From assembly GCA_009602725.1 (NCBI GenBank), contig WELB01000014.1, positions 848,756 through 906,047 on the forward strand: a stretch of DNA of 57,292 nt. The letters are read 5' to 3'. This document shows positions 36,408 to 48,130 of the stretch, one piece after another. The stretch is from Spirogloea muscicola. Lineage: Eukaryota. A program made the translations under genes and the position numbers. The notes below the pieces were generated by a model that saw nothing but the letters and a program-made list of their open reading frames with translations, made no database searches and was not told the origin of the DNA. Numbering within the stretch: the stretch's first letter is position 1; each line of letters opens with the position of its first letter.

Positions 36408-38580
36408 CCGCCTCCACCACCTGGCGGCAGTGCGGCAGTCGCGCCCACCTCGGCCTTCGGCGGCACGCCCATGCCACTGCCGGCGCCGTCCTCGGCGGTC
36501 TCCGCCCGCTCCCCGGCGTCTGCGGAGCTGCTGCCCGCGCTCAAGACCCTGTCGCGGTCGGCGTCGGCCGGGTGGGCACACTCGTCGTCGGCGGCCGCCG
36601 CGGATGCTGCGCAGAAGCGGTCGCTGCAGCGCAACCGCTCGGCACTCACATCAGGATCAGTTGCCGAGCCGCCGCCACAGGACAAGGCGGCAGCCGCGCC
36701 GCCGCCAGTGGCGCGCTCGTCGCGGCGCAAGCCGGCGGGGCTCCGCGGGTTCAGCCTGGCAGAGCTGGAGGTGATCACGCGCGGCTTCGACGCCACGGGC
36801 TACCTCGGCGGCGGTGGCTTCGGGTCCGTGTACAAGGGCTTCATCGACGCCGCCGACAGCCACTCTGAACCCGTCGCCGTCAAGGTCCTCAACACCGCCG
36901 GCTTCCAGGCAAGGCCCCCCCCAGCCAAGCAAGCCCCATGTCTCCCACTTTTGCCGTCCTCCCTCCCTCCTTCCCCCTTCTCCCTCCATGGTCCTCCCTC
37001 TGTGCTTCCTGACAATGCAAGTTAGGATGAGGGTGATGCAGGGGGAGAAGGAGTGGACGACGGAGGTCAGCTTCTTGGGCCACCTGCACCACCCAAACCT
37101 CGTGAACCTGATTGGCTTCTGCGCGGATGGCGAGCAGCGCCTTCTGGTGTACGAGTTTATGCCCAACCGCAGCTTGGAGCACGCGCTCTTTCGCCGCGCG
37201 CCCGGCGACGCGCCGCTCGCTTGGAGCCAGCGGATGCGCATAGCGCTGGGCGCTGCCAATGGCCTCACTTACCTGCATGACGAGGCCGAGGCTCCGGTGC
37301 ATGCACTGACTCTCTTCCTTCAAGATGAGGCAATTGGGAATGATGACTGTTGTCGACAATATTTTCCTCTCTCTCTCCTGCCACTATTTACTGGAGTTTT
37401 GCTGCAAAGTTTCGGATTCTTGTTGGTCTCGTCTGCAACTTGTGGTGTGCTTAAAAGTGCAATCAAGTTCCCTCTCTACTTGGGCTCCCTACCACTGCCC
37501 TTTTGAGGCCTCTTAACGAAAAGGCTGCTGGACCCGAGTCATGGGCTGCGCCTGATACTGGCCATGCTGGGTTTGGTGCGGTTTCCTCAGGTCATCTACC
37601 GCGACTTCAAGACCTCTAACATACTGCTGGATCGTCGGTGGGAGGCGCGGCTGTCCGACTTCGGCCTCGCCCGCAGCGGCCCCGAGGGAGACAAGTCGCA
37701 TGTCACAACCCGGGCAAGCCTCTGACCCCTTTCCTCTGTTCCCACCTCCTCCTCTCATATCCATTACCAAACACATTTTCGGCTCCAATTCTCCCATGTT
37801 GAGCCACTGCTCCAAGCTGTTGGGCTGAGGGAGCCAACACATCCTTGCAGATTGTGGGCACAGTGGGGTACGCGGCACCCGAGTACGTGATGACCGGCCA
37901 CCTGACGACGGCGAGCGACGTATGGAGCTTTGGAGTCGTGCTGCTGGAGCTGCTCACGGGCCGCACGGCCATGGATAAGAGCCGCCCAAAAGAGGAGCAC
38001 AACCTCGTCGAGTGGGCCGAGCCCTACCTCGAGAATCCCAAGAAGCTCTATCGGTCCGTCCTGCCTTCTCCTCCCACCTCCTTCCTCTCGTCCCCCTCCC
38101 TCCTCCCTCCTCATCTCTTTACTCTCCATTGCCTCTTCGCCAGTGTCCTTGCAAGCTGCTGCAGCGCTTACCACGCCAGTGCACCATCTGCACCTGCACC
38201 TCAGGCCGGCTCTGCTTGCTGAGAGTTGGGCTGGCTTGCTCACACGCTCGTGGCGCAGAATCATGGACCCGGAGCTCGGGGGACGTTACAGCTTGCGGGG
38301 TGCGCAGATGGCAGCAGCTCTCATCAAGCTGTGCCTGAACAAGCGCGCCAAGCAGCGGCCGCGCATGGCTGACGTCGTGGAGGCTCTCCGGCCCATCCAG
38401 GGCCTGCACGACATGGCCGGCTTCACTGTCGAGGACCTCAACGCTGACCTGCGCAACGCGTCCATGCGCAGCGCCCCACCTGCACTGTCATCCAGCCCCT
38501 CAACCCCCAGGCCACCGCCGTCACCCAGTGGCCGCGTTCCCTCTGCGTCATTCAATCCAGGTGCAGGTGTCATCACCTGA
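36408..38580 (+). CDS. Receptor-like cytoplasmic Ser/Thr kinase, RLCK-VII/PBS1-like (5' end in gap)
   Basis: [27 protein letters not shown]..|[27 protein letters not shown]..|[20 protein letters not shown]..|[37 protein letters not shown]. Confidence 0.92.
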
Positions 38581-39696
38581 TGTGGCAGCTAAGCGTCTTT
38601 CCTTCTCAGCTTGCCAGCATTCACCTCAGTCCTGCACAATCACAGGAGTGTGAGACTAGTGCACAAGAGTCCCTCCTACCCGCCTCATGGTACACTGTCA
38701 CTGACCCACAAAGGCGTTTGAAAAAGATTTCAGATGCCGACCACTTAAAGGAACCACTTGCGCCCTTGCATCTCACCCCACGCAAGGGGCCACAATGCTT
38801 GTAATGGACTGTTATCATATCCAGCACAGTAAGCAGGTACATGATCAAACGTATCTTTGTGTGCGCAAGTTGATTTCCGACGAAGACCCTGTCCAGGTCA
38901 ATCAGACCTCTGGGCGTACACAATCTTTGGAACACATCTGATTTTGCAACCTGTTCCAGAAGCAGCTGGAGCTGGTCTTTGTTCAGTGGTAGGACTGCAT
39001 GCTTGCTTGGCCTGGCCGTCACAAGCAGGGACTAGTGTTGGGGCCTGTGAGATGTTCGTGGTAGTCCAGCATATTGATGCAGTGGACAAGTTGCCTGCAA
39101 CTTGCTCCAGAATAGTAAGTTTGTACCCTGCTGGACCAGCCTAAGCAATGCTCTCGGCAGAAACTTCAACAGATGGTCGGCTTGCGCACTGCACATTGCA
39201 CAGATCAATCATTGGTTATGACAATGAGTTGCCGGGCATGGCAAATTTTTGGTGGAGCACTTTGTGGCAGGGCGTTTTGAAGAGGCTGATATATGGAGTT
39301 GCCATATGGCACCTAAGCATCAACAGAGTGGCACAGTTGTGATTGTGATCTTGCTGGTCAATGTGGAGTCTGACCTCTTGCCGAACCTCTAGACACTAAA
39401 TGTTGCGGGCATAATTAGTGACGATGGCGCCAACGCCTCTGCATGTCAGAAATGAGAGCTCTGCCAACCATGTCAACGCGGCTGTCCAAGTCCTGAGACT
39501 GGGCAGTCATTTACTGGAAACAGGGCCCTCAAAGACAATTTTCGGGGCAATCTACCAACGTGGCAGTCTCCATCTGAAGTGACACTCCATGACACTGCCA
39601 CGATGGCAGGGCCACATTGCTGAAGGGCGTACAAACGATATCTCTGACTATTAAGAACGCAACAGAATTCAAGGTTTCAGTGTTCAATATTTCTTG

Positions 39697-41211
39697 CTAC
39701 CGCACGCCCATGCCATGGCGGCGCAGTGTGGCAGCAATGACCTGCCTTGTTTGTGAGCAGAGGGCGTCAGCACTGGCACCGGTAATGGGTGGGTGTATCA
39801 CTATCTTCACGGCGCCGGGCCGCAGGCTGTTCTCCATCTCGTTGGGCATCAGGTCGCCTGTGCCAATGAGCGCAATCGGCACCACCGGCACACCTGTCTT
39901 CGCCGCCAAGCTGAAGGCGCCCTTCTGTACCATTACCGCACATTTAAGACAGTGGCGGCAAGATGACCATGAGTTTGACAAACCATGTAACTGAAAATGA
40001 GCCACAGTGGAGCTGCCACTGAGTGGCAAGCCACAACCAAGTGGCGACCACAACAACGTACTTAGAGGCGCATGCATGATAAGTCCGCAGGAATCAAGAA
40101 AGGATAGCAGGAGTCCCAGAAAGAGGGACAGCGGATGGGCTGAGGCAGAGAGTGGGGAGCAGGAGAGAGATTGCAAGACAGTGAGAGCGCATGGAGAAGA
40201 GGGGGAGCAAGAAGTGAGCAATGTGGCCATCGTGCGCAGCTGACCTTGAAGTCGTCCATCTTGCCATCTTTGGTGCGCGTGCCCTCGGGGAAGAAGAGCA
40301 CCGGCACGCCGCGCTTCAGGAGGTCCAGGCAGAGCTTCAGGCACTCCTGCATTGAAGTCCAAGTTGAAGTGAGCTCACTGTCAAACCCAGATAAGTGAAT
40401 GACTGCCTGTACTCTTCAGTAGTGAGCAAGCCCATCGAATCCTCGACTACATGCTGCCAGAGCAAACAGATAGTGCAGCAGTAACTCATGCATCACACGT
40501 AATCACTTCTTGGGTAGTGCCCCTCTCGAAATCCAGGCCATAAGTCACAAAGCAGAGTAAAATGCAAAGGCACGGCCGCCATGACGACGACGTCCAAGAC
40601 CCACCATCTGGCTCCGCCTGTCGAGGCGCTTGAGCGGGACGTGGCCGGTGAGCCACATGGACCAGCCGACGATGGGGATGAGGAAGTTGGAGGTCTTGGA
40701 GATGAACTTGAAGGGGCGGCCGAGCTGGAAGAGCGTGTAGATGTCCAGAAAGCTCTGGTGGTTGGCGACGTACACGGCGGCCGCGTCGGCGGCCGGCAGG
40801 TGCTCCGCGCCCTCCAGCGCCGTGGCGTAGAACGGCCGCGTCGTGCAGCTGGCCCAGACGGCGTTGACGGCGTGGTGGGCGCGGCGGCGGTGCCTGTCCA
40901 GCAGCACAACCAGCGGGTGCAGCGCCAGCATGACGGCGAAGAGGGGCACGGCCAGCGCGAAGGTTGTGAAGTAGAAGGCGGCGGCGCGCGCCTTCTGGGC
41001 CAGCGTGGGCGCCGCCGGAGGCCGGAGGCCGGCCATGGAGCCGTCCTCGGCGGGCTCGCCGGCGCCCACGCTGAGGCCGATGCCGCCGGGCCCGTCGAAT
41101 GGGGCCGCCATGGCGCCCGCAGCTTGGCATAGCAGGGACTGCTGCTGCAGCTGCCGCCGACGGCCNTGAGCCCGGGGCCCGGGCGGCGGAGGCGGCCGCC
41201 ATGGCGGCCAT
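39697..41211 (-). CDS. LPAT1: Plastid 1-acyl-sn-glycerol-3-phosphate acyltransferase (LPAAT)
   Basis: Acyltransferase motifs NHQSFLDIY, FKFISK..IVGWSM, FFPEGTRTKDG and KGAFSLAAKTGVPVVPI. The N-terminus is Ala-rich and transit-like. An N at 41167 blurs the start. Confidence 0.9.
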
Positions 41212-41459
41212 GCGGGGCCCCCGAGCGCTGCGCCCGGCCAGGAGCCTACAGGTGCCTCCGCGCCTTCCTCAGGAAAGACAATTTTGTGTACTTGAAAAAC
41301 GAGGGCCAAATGGCCAAGTACAGAGGCAAGCACATCTGAAGACCTACTTAACCTTCAGCGAATTGGTCAAAACATGAAGGTCACCAATCGATGCCTGAAT
41401 ACTAGTTGTCAGATATGAAGCCCTTCTGCCACCAACTAGAGCTCGCCCAGCTTTCTGGT

Positions 41460-42230
41460 AACAGCTCTTCTAGGGTAAGGCATTGGCTGTGAGAGGCCAG
41501 CCCAAAGGGATGTACAAGGTCTGAGGGGGGCCGGAAAGCGCAAAAAGCACGGAGATACACTCCATGACTGCTGCGAGTGTGTGCTCATTAATTCTCCAAT
41601 TTCTGGTGGAAGGAAAGAAGAAGGAAAGGTGGTCGAGCTGTAGCTGGTGGGACAAGAGCTTGTCAGTTGCCGTCTGGTATTCGGGCATCAGTTAGCGACC
41701 TCTACGTGCTGACTCGTGGTTACGGAGGGCCAGCTTAGCAGCAGGTGATGTACATCCGTCCATGTGCTTGCCTCTGTACTTGGCCACTCAGGCCCTCCAT
41801 CACTCACTACACACTCCATTTCCTCAGGAAAAGCTCAGAAGGTGCAGCATCGTCTTTACCCCGCTGTGGTGACATCCTACCAGCGGCCCGCGACTGCTAT
41901 GGGTGCGTATGTCCTCGCTCACGCACCTGCTTGCGATACATTGCTAGCCGTATGCACATCGTGGTGGTGCGCACTGAGCCAATTGGGATTCCTGACAGCA
42001 CTTGTGTCGTTCTTGCGCCGCCGTGTACGCTTATGTCTGCAGCCAGACCAGGCCCATCCTCTGCATCTGATAGCTGGGTGAGCTCTAGCAGGTGGCAAGC
42101 GAGCTTGGAATCCTGCCCTCTGATGAGCGGGCTTTTCATGGCGACCTCTTTGCCTGACCCGCGGTCACTAGCGTGTCGACATAGCAGCAGTCGGCATACA
42201 TACGTAGTTGTACTTGCCTCTGTACTTCAG
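41460..42230. mobile_element. CRE-like fragments (two plus-strand tails, one minus 3' unit)
   Basis: 41660-41820 is homologous to 46335-46500 (SDLYVLTRGY). 41830-42230 is a degenerate endonuclease tail (LVSFLRRRVRLCLQ). A minus stem-loop unit lies at 41465-41505. Confidence 0.7.
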
Positions 42231-43831
42231 AGGTACGGTTCTCTGTCGTTCAGCACGCTGTTTCTCCTCAGCTAACGCTGTTCCTCCAACGGAGAATGAG
42301 TTGCCCCCAACCGCAAGGCGCGGATGCAAGCTGCTGGTAAGCCAACGAGCAGCACGAGGGTGTAGTGGATTTGGGCTGCTCAGTCTATACCTCCCTCCTT
42401 CAGAAACTGATGCAAGTTGCTACGAGGCTGCAAGCCTGATCAGGAAGGATTCAGGCTTCATGCCTTTTGCTGCGGCGTGTAGGGCAAGCTTGCCCAGAAT
42501 AGATGCAGGCTTCATGCTGGGGCGTGCGGGCATGGCTTATGATGTTCGGTCTCTTCACTCCTCCTTTACTTTGCAGATGACATTTATGTGAGAGTCTTAG
42601 CACGCTCATTCTTTATTATGCTGTCTTCCTACCTGATATGAATAGCGGCACTTCCCTTGACTGCTCGCCTCCTCTTGTGGTCTGCATAGCATGCTCCACT
42701 TTCACAAGGCGCCTTCTCCGCCCTTTGCCAGATCTAAACGGGATGATTGTGAGGAGAAAGGAAACCTCTGGTACAATGATGGCCGCTTAAGCTAATGTCG
42801 AGTCGATACAACGTACTGTAAGTGGGGTACTGTAAGAGGAGCGGAGGCCACCACAGACCTTGGAACAGATTCTTACGTACCAACGCGCTCCTGGTCGCCA
42901 ACGCCAACCTGATGAGCGATAAGGTGGTGGAAGTCATCTTATCAAAAAGTTCGACATGTGCAGACCAATCGCTGAGTCAAGCTTTGCTCTGTTCGCTACA
43001 TCCCGAAACCGTTCTGTTTGCTTGCTGGTCCTGGCTTTGAATCAGTACTGACGAGGCCTACGAAGCTGCCTTTCACGCCCGTGGTTTAATAATCCTTCGC
43101 TCTAACTTCCTCACTTTTTTGTGAGGGGTAACTTTGCGGGGCTCCAAACTGCACTAGGTCCTCTACTGAAGAAGCAACGTGTGATCTATGACTATGTAGG
43201 TTCATCCTGGTCAGAGAGGGTGCCAGAACAGTCAACTGGATTGGGCTGTTCGGAGAAGGGGGTAAGCCTGTGTTAGATTTTGGACCCATGTGCGTGGCTG
43301 CTTGGAGCAAGGAAGGCGGGTTGGTGGGAGGGCCATTGTAAGGTAGCGAACAGAAGGAGGATATACATCGGGCAGGGGTCGATGACAGCCAATCCTTGCT
43401 TGCTAATCGCGTCATGATCTATCAACAATCATGATGCAAGCTACACCACCTCACATGACAGACCGGAGACTTGACCTGGTCGAGGAAGATTACGTTCACC
43501 CTGGACCGGGCCTCTTTTCTCGAGCACCAAATACCTCCAATACCATAATACTGGCTAAGAGTCTGCTTTGCGCCTCCGACCTGAGTAACTTGAAAGCATG
43601 GGTCTGCATAGGTGGAGTGCTTCTGATGGACCACGATTGGGAAATCGTGGAAGCAGAAGGGCAACCTAGGGGGTTGGTCGAGCTTGGCACCTGCGGCTCT
43701 TGACGGGCCTTGCAATAAGCCATCCAATTTATCTGGCAATGCCCATCTTAGCGCATGTGTGGTGCTAATCCTAGAGCTAGCATTTGGGCATTGAGAGCTA
43801 TTGTAGCTATGGTTGGCAGCAACCGGACCAT

Positions 43832-44977
43832 CTATGTGCCCGAAGCAGCAGGTGTTTGTCGAAGCCGTGAGAAGAACCGCCAAAGGAGCGGCGGTGCAGG
43901 CTCCTGCACTGGCCCTGGTGGGCTCCTGCTGCTAGGTACTGGCGAGGAGAGGCTTCCGACGTCGATCCCACCAAAGTCCCAGCGCTGCGAGCGGCGGTCC
44001 TCGATTCTGGCCCTACCGGCTATGGTGCCCCAAAAGCCAGCAGGCGATGCAGTACCAACCGTCGCCTGCGCCGACGGGGCTGTCGTAGTCGTCCCTGCCA
44101 CGGTTGAGGGTGGGACCTGCACAACAACCTCCACGAGTGGCAGCACGCCCCCTGTAGGGGCTGCGCCATCTCCAGCGGCGCCACTGCTATCATCAGCGGG
44201 GTTCTCTGCCGGGAGACGCCGCGGCAGATGGTCTCCCGTCTTCTCGGGCCCGGCTGCGAGCTCGCCAGCCACCACGGACTTCCTGCAGCAGTGCCACCAA
44301 GATAGACCAATGAAAGAGTAGTTGCTGACATTGAGAAGCAGAGCAGCCAGAAAGCAGTGGCCAGTCCATCACATAACACCCTTTATGTTGTACTCGACAA
44401 TGTTGTACGTGCTGCTCGGCAACGGGAAAATCAAGAATAAGCCCCTCGCTCACCGGCAGACTGGGCAGGACAGGTGGTCTCCCAGCCAGGGGTCGACGCA
44501 TGCGGCGTGGAAGGCGTGGTTGCATGCTGGCAGCCGCCGTAGCGTGTCGCCATGCACATACTCGGCCAGGCAAACAGCGCACTCCCGGCCGCCAGCCTCG
44601 GTCGCGCAGCCACCATCGGCGCTGGCGATGCTGGAGAACGTGTAGCTCGGCAGCAGCGCGACTGCCTCGGCGCTCAAGCCCCGGCTGCGAGGCGGCAGGT
44701 GCCAGGTGGAGGGTACAGGCGGCGCCGCCCCCGCAGCGAGCAGCAAGTGCTGCGGCGCCGCTCTGCTTTGCAGCGGCGCTGGCAGCGGAGGTGCTTCGCC
44801 ACGGTGGCTCAGAACCACGTGGCAGCAGACGCTGTGGAACTTGATGGCGAGGAGGGCGACGACGAAGAGCACGACGGCGAGGATGACGAGCGCCACGGCG
44901 GAGCTGAAGTGAGGAGGCGAGGCGGCCGCGCTGCCGCCGCCGCCGTCGGAGCCAGACGGCGCCGGCCCGGCCACCAT
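43832..44977 (-). CDS. ATL-family RING-H2 E3 ubiquitin ligase, two exons
   Basis: N-terminal TM ([19 protein letters not shown]), GLD-like [12 protein letters not shown], and RING-H2 [32 protein letters not shown] intron joins it in phase to the 43832-44275 ORF. Confidence 0.9.
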
Positions 44978-45403
44978 GGCCCCTGGCCAGCTCCACCGGC
45001 CCCCTGGCCGGCTCCGACTGCCCACTTGCAGGCCTCGCGACTACGGACGGTGAGACATCACGCCGACGAGCTCAAGAGCCGCGAGTACTCAGCCGTCAGC
45101 CTGAGGGTGAAGGCGGCGAGTGCAGGCCCCGTCTTGGGCTTTGCATGGCGAGGCTAGACGGGCCGCCAGAGGGGTTTGAGCGCCGCTGGCGCAGGACCTT
45201 CGCGAGGCCGGCCGCTCCGTGGGGTTCCCGGCCTGCGAGAAGGCGCGGCGCTTGCCAAGGGGGCAGTCTGGGCGTGGGCAAGACTGCCACACGCTGTGAC
45301 TTGCCGGGGGCGCCGCCATGGCCGCTCCGCGAAGCAGGTAGGGCGGGCGGGAGACGAGAATGGTTGACGGTATTAGAAAAGCGGCTGTGAGTGCCAGCCA
45401 AGT

Positions 45404-45674
45404 GCATATAGAGGGCAATAATCAAGATGGAGTTATTGGGGGCTGGGGGGCCGGGGGGCGGGCCGGCCAGGGGCGGCTGGTCGTCAGCTGCCACGTCACC
45501 GCCCGCCTCCACGGCGACCGAGCCGGGTCTCCGGGAGCCAGCCGACTTCCTCCCCCCCTTCGCTCCCCGCACCAGGGTGCCACGTGGCACCCTCGATAGA
45601 TCCACTATGTGGCAAACCCGGCACGGCCGAGGCGCCCGGCTCACTCGCGGCGCCAGGCCGACGGTGACGTCACC
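45404..45674 (-). promoter_or_regulatory. Putative promoter of the ATL gene, with clustered ACGT elements
   Basis: TATA-like CTCTATATGC (minus, 45404-45413), GCCACGTCA at 45490, perfect 20-bp G-box palindrome AGGGTGCCACGTGGCACCCT at 45574-45593, and C-box palindrome GGTGACGTCACC at 45663-45674. Confidence 0.45.
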
Positions 45675-46224
45675 CGCCGGCATGCATGAGGCCCTGGGGT
45701 CGGGGGCGGACGACGATGGCAGACCGGCGTGTAGCAGGGGCCTGTAGCCGTTGGATGATTAGTATGCACTCGGTGGAGATGCTGCCACGCGGCGGACGGC
45801 GTTGTCTTGTATCAAGATGCCCACCGACTGGGGGGACGCCGCCGCACGGGGGCGGGGCCGGCCCGCAAAACCTGCCCGCCCGAAGGGGGGTGGGGGCAGA
45901 GGAGTGTTTTCAGCTTGCCGAATCAGTCACGGATAATTTGGATGCTGCCCCTCCCACCCTTCCCAGAATTTGTACATTCCTCTGGGCTGGCCTTTCAAAG
46001 CCAGATGGCCTTACATTGTCGGAGCGGGTTCTCTTTTCGACGCCCTGCCCGCTGCCCGCCGACCTGGGGGGCCACGGGCTAGGGCGGCCGCCCTAGTCCA
46101 CGAGATCCCCGGGGCGCGCGTGCTCGGCCGCAAGCCCGCCTTTCCGGAGAACTCTCCCACTGCCCTCTCGCCGCCTCTTCGGCTCCCCGCCCCCCCCCCC
46201 GCTTGCCCAGATGGGTATGCCGGC

Positions 46225-46500
46225 AGCCTATCTGTCATTTCTGCGACGTCGAGTGTCAACCTGTCTGCAACGAGCTCAGGCGTATGCTCTGCATCAGAAA
46301 GCTGGTCGAGCCTTAGCTGCTGGCACTAGAGCTAGTCAATTGCCGTCCGGTATTCGAGCGTCAGCTAGCGACCTCTATGTGCTGACTCGTGGTTACTGAG
46401 CGGGTCAGCTTAGCAGCAGGTGACGTACATTTGTCCAATGTGCTTGCCTTTGTACTTGGCCACACATGGCCTCCCCATCTCTTAATATACACGCATTTTC
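46225..46500 (+). mobile_element. CRE-like 3' fragment (…ASDLYVLTRGY* plus UTR); empty-site counterpart of 12530-12835
   Basis: It is nearly identical to 12530-12835 without the 51-bp insertion. Confidence 0.85.
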
Positions 46501-46724
46501 CCGCTACCTCCACAGTGTAATTCATCGGCGCTTTCGGCCACAGCTGTGCGCATGCTGTATTTGGCGCCTTCATGAAGAATGGCTCGCCCGTTAAGGATAT
46601 GCTCAGGGGCCCCTTCGGAGATCCACTCGGTGCGGGCTGGCTGGACGATCTTGCTGTCGTAGCCGTCTCTACTATGACTCTGAAAGCGTGTCCTTATTGA
46701 TGGGGATGCCCTCGGCCTCTGGGC

Positions 46725-47510
46725 AGAAGAAAGTGCTCGCCCCTTGAGGATAGGGGCTGGAAAAGCCAGCCCAGAAAAGAATGAATGGAGTACGAGAAGG
46801 GGGCCAGGGGAAGCGCTAAGAAAAACAAGCACAGAAAGAAACAAAGCAGCTTCGAATCACTCAGTAACCCCTGCTAAGCAGCCGCAGATCAGAGATGCTA
46901 GGCTCCTGGAAGTGGGTCCCCTGGCAAGAGCCAGAGGCAGCAGCGAGGGCTCTGCCGGCACGAAGGTGCAGCGCGCGGGCCACAGACCTCTGCAGCGAGA
47001 CGGCCAGGCGCATACGATACACTTGCGCCAGCGACCCGGCTGCAGGAAAGTCTACCGGCTCCCCATGGAAGCGACGGGCGATGGTGTGGCGGGCGAGCTG
47101 GGTGAGCAGCTCGAGCCACCGAGCGCCCAGCGTCCCGTGGGTGTCAATCGCCAACGGGAAGAACTCGTCTTCCCGCGGATGGTCGGCGTACTTGAGCTCT
47201 TTAGCCAGAGCGGCGTAGGCGACCGCATACCCAACCTGGGTGGCACATTGGGCTGGGTGTGAGCGGTCTTATGCGTCGGTGGTCACCACGTCCAGGAGAA
47301 GACGTGGCCCGCCGGCCTATGGGGTGGCCACCAGGTCTACGCGACGGGCGTGGAGACCTTCGGTCCTTTCCTGGAGCGGCATGATGCCAGAGTGCTCCGC
47401 TGCCACCGTGAAGCCAGCCTCCACCAGGATGCCATGCATCGCATCGCGGAGGCGGTCGTGGGCCGCTGTCCGCTCGCCGCCGTGGGCGCAGCGCAGAACG
47501 TGAGCGGCCA
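46725..47510 (-). mobile_element. 5'-truncated CRE-like non-LTR element: zinc-knuckle remnant, restriction-like endonuclease and 3' UTR
   Basis: HVLRCAHGGERTAAHDRLRD..RRVDLV..LLDVVT..KELKYAD..FFPLAIDTHGTLG..YRMRLAVSLQRSVA..DLRLLSRGY*. It has internal stops and ends in the stem-loop unit. Confidence 0.85.
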
Positions 47511-47584
47511 GCTCCCCAGACTCGGCCCCGCAGAGCATTGGTAGTTCTTCTTTGGAAGACTTGGAAGCGAGCGAGCTTCTTGCT

Positions 47585-47786
47585 CGCTCTGGCTCTGGCC
47601 AGGGGACCCACTTCCAGGAGCCCAGCATCTCTGATCTGCGGCTGCTTAGCAGGGGTTACTGAGTGTCTCGTAGCAGCTTTGTTTCTGTTACTTAGCGCTT
47701 CCCCTGGCCCCCTTCTCGTACTCTGTTCATTCTTTTTCGGGCTGGTTGTTCCAGCCCCTATTCTCAATGGGCGAGCACTTTCTTCT
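47585..47786 (+). mobile_element. Short 3' end of the same CRE-like subfamily, inverted relative to 46725-46935
   Basis: About 200 bp matches the reverse complement of 46725-46935 and ends GGGCGAGCACTTTCTTC. Confidence 0.85.
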
Positions 47787-48006
47787 TGCTCCTCTCGGCT
47801 TGGGTGGCGGCCCGGGCCACTCGATGCACGCCTTTCCCCCTAAAGCGCTTTCCGGACCTTGTCGGTCCTATTGGGCCTCTGGCTTTACTCGGCTCTCGCC
47901 CCCCTTTTGAAATCGCTGCTTCCCCCCCCCCGCCCTCCTCCACCGCCCAGCACCCGGCGCCCAAGCTTGCGCGGCAGCTTGCCTCTGATCCGCGCCCCCG
48001 CCCGCC

Positions 48007-48050
48007 ATGCCGGGCGAAGCGGCGCCGCCGCCGCCGCCGCCACCGCGGCN

Positions 48051-48130
<80 letters not shown>

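Noticed and set aside
35046..37025. Long ORFs (350-520 aa) in the ORF track, and similar ones at 11521-12491 and 51911-53018
   Set aside because: They are artefacts of translating through N gaps.
42115..42150. CTGATGAG as a hammerhead ribozyme core
   Set aside because: There is no matching GAAA or stem architecture nearby, and it lies within a degenerate coding tail of the retroelement.
42400..43720. Possible small plus-strand multi-exon gene
   Set aside because: Some splice-like sites exist, but I could not build a coherent frame or recognise a domain.
48050..48129. ~79-nt poly-A run giving poly-Lys/poly-Phe ORFs
   Set aside because: It directly follows an N within a GC-rich first exon and interrupts the GT47 N-terminus. 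It is most likely a sequencing or gap-fill artefact, not a retrocopy tail or a real peptide.
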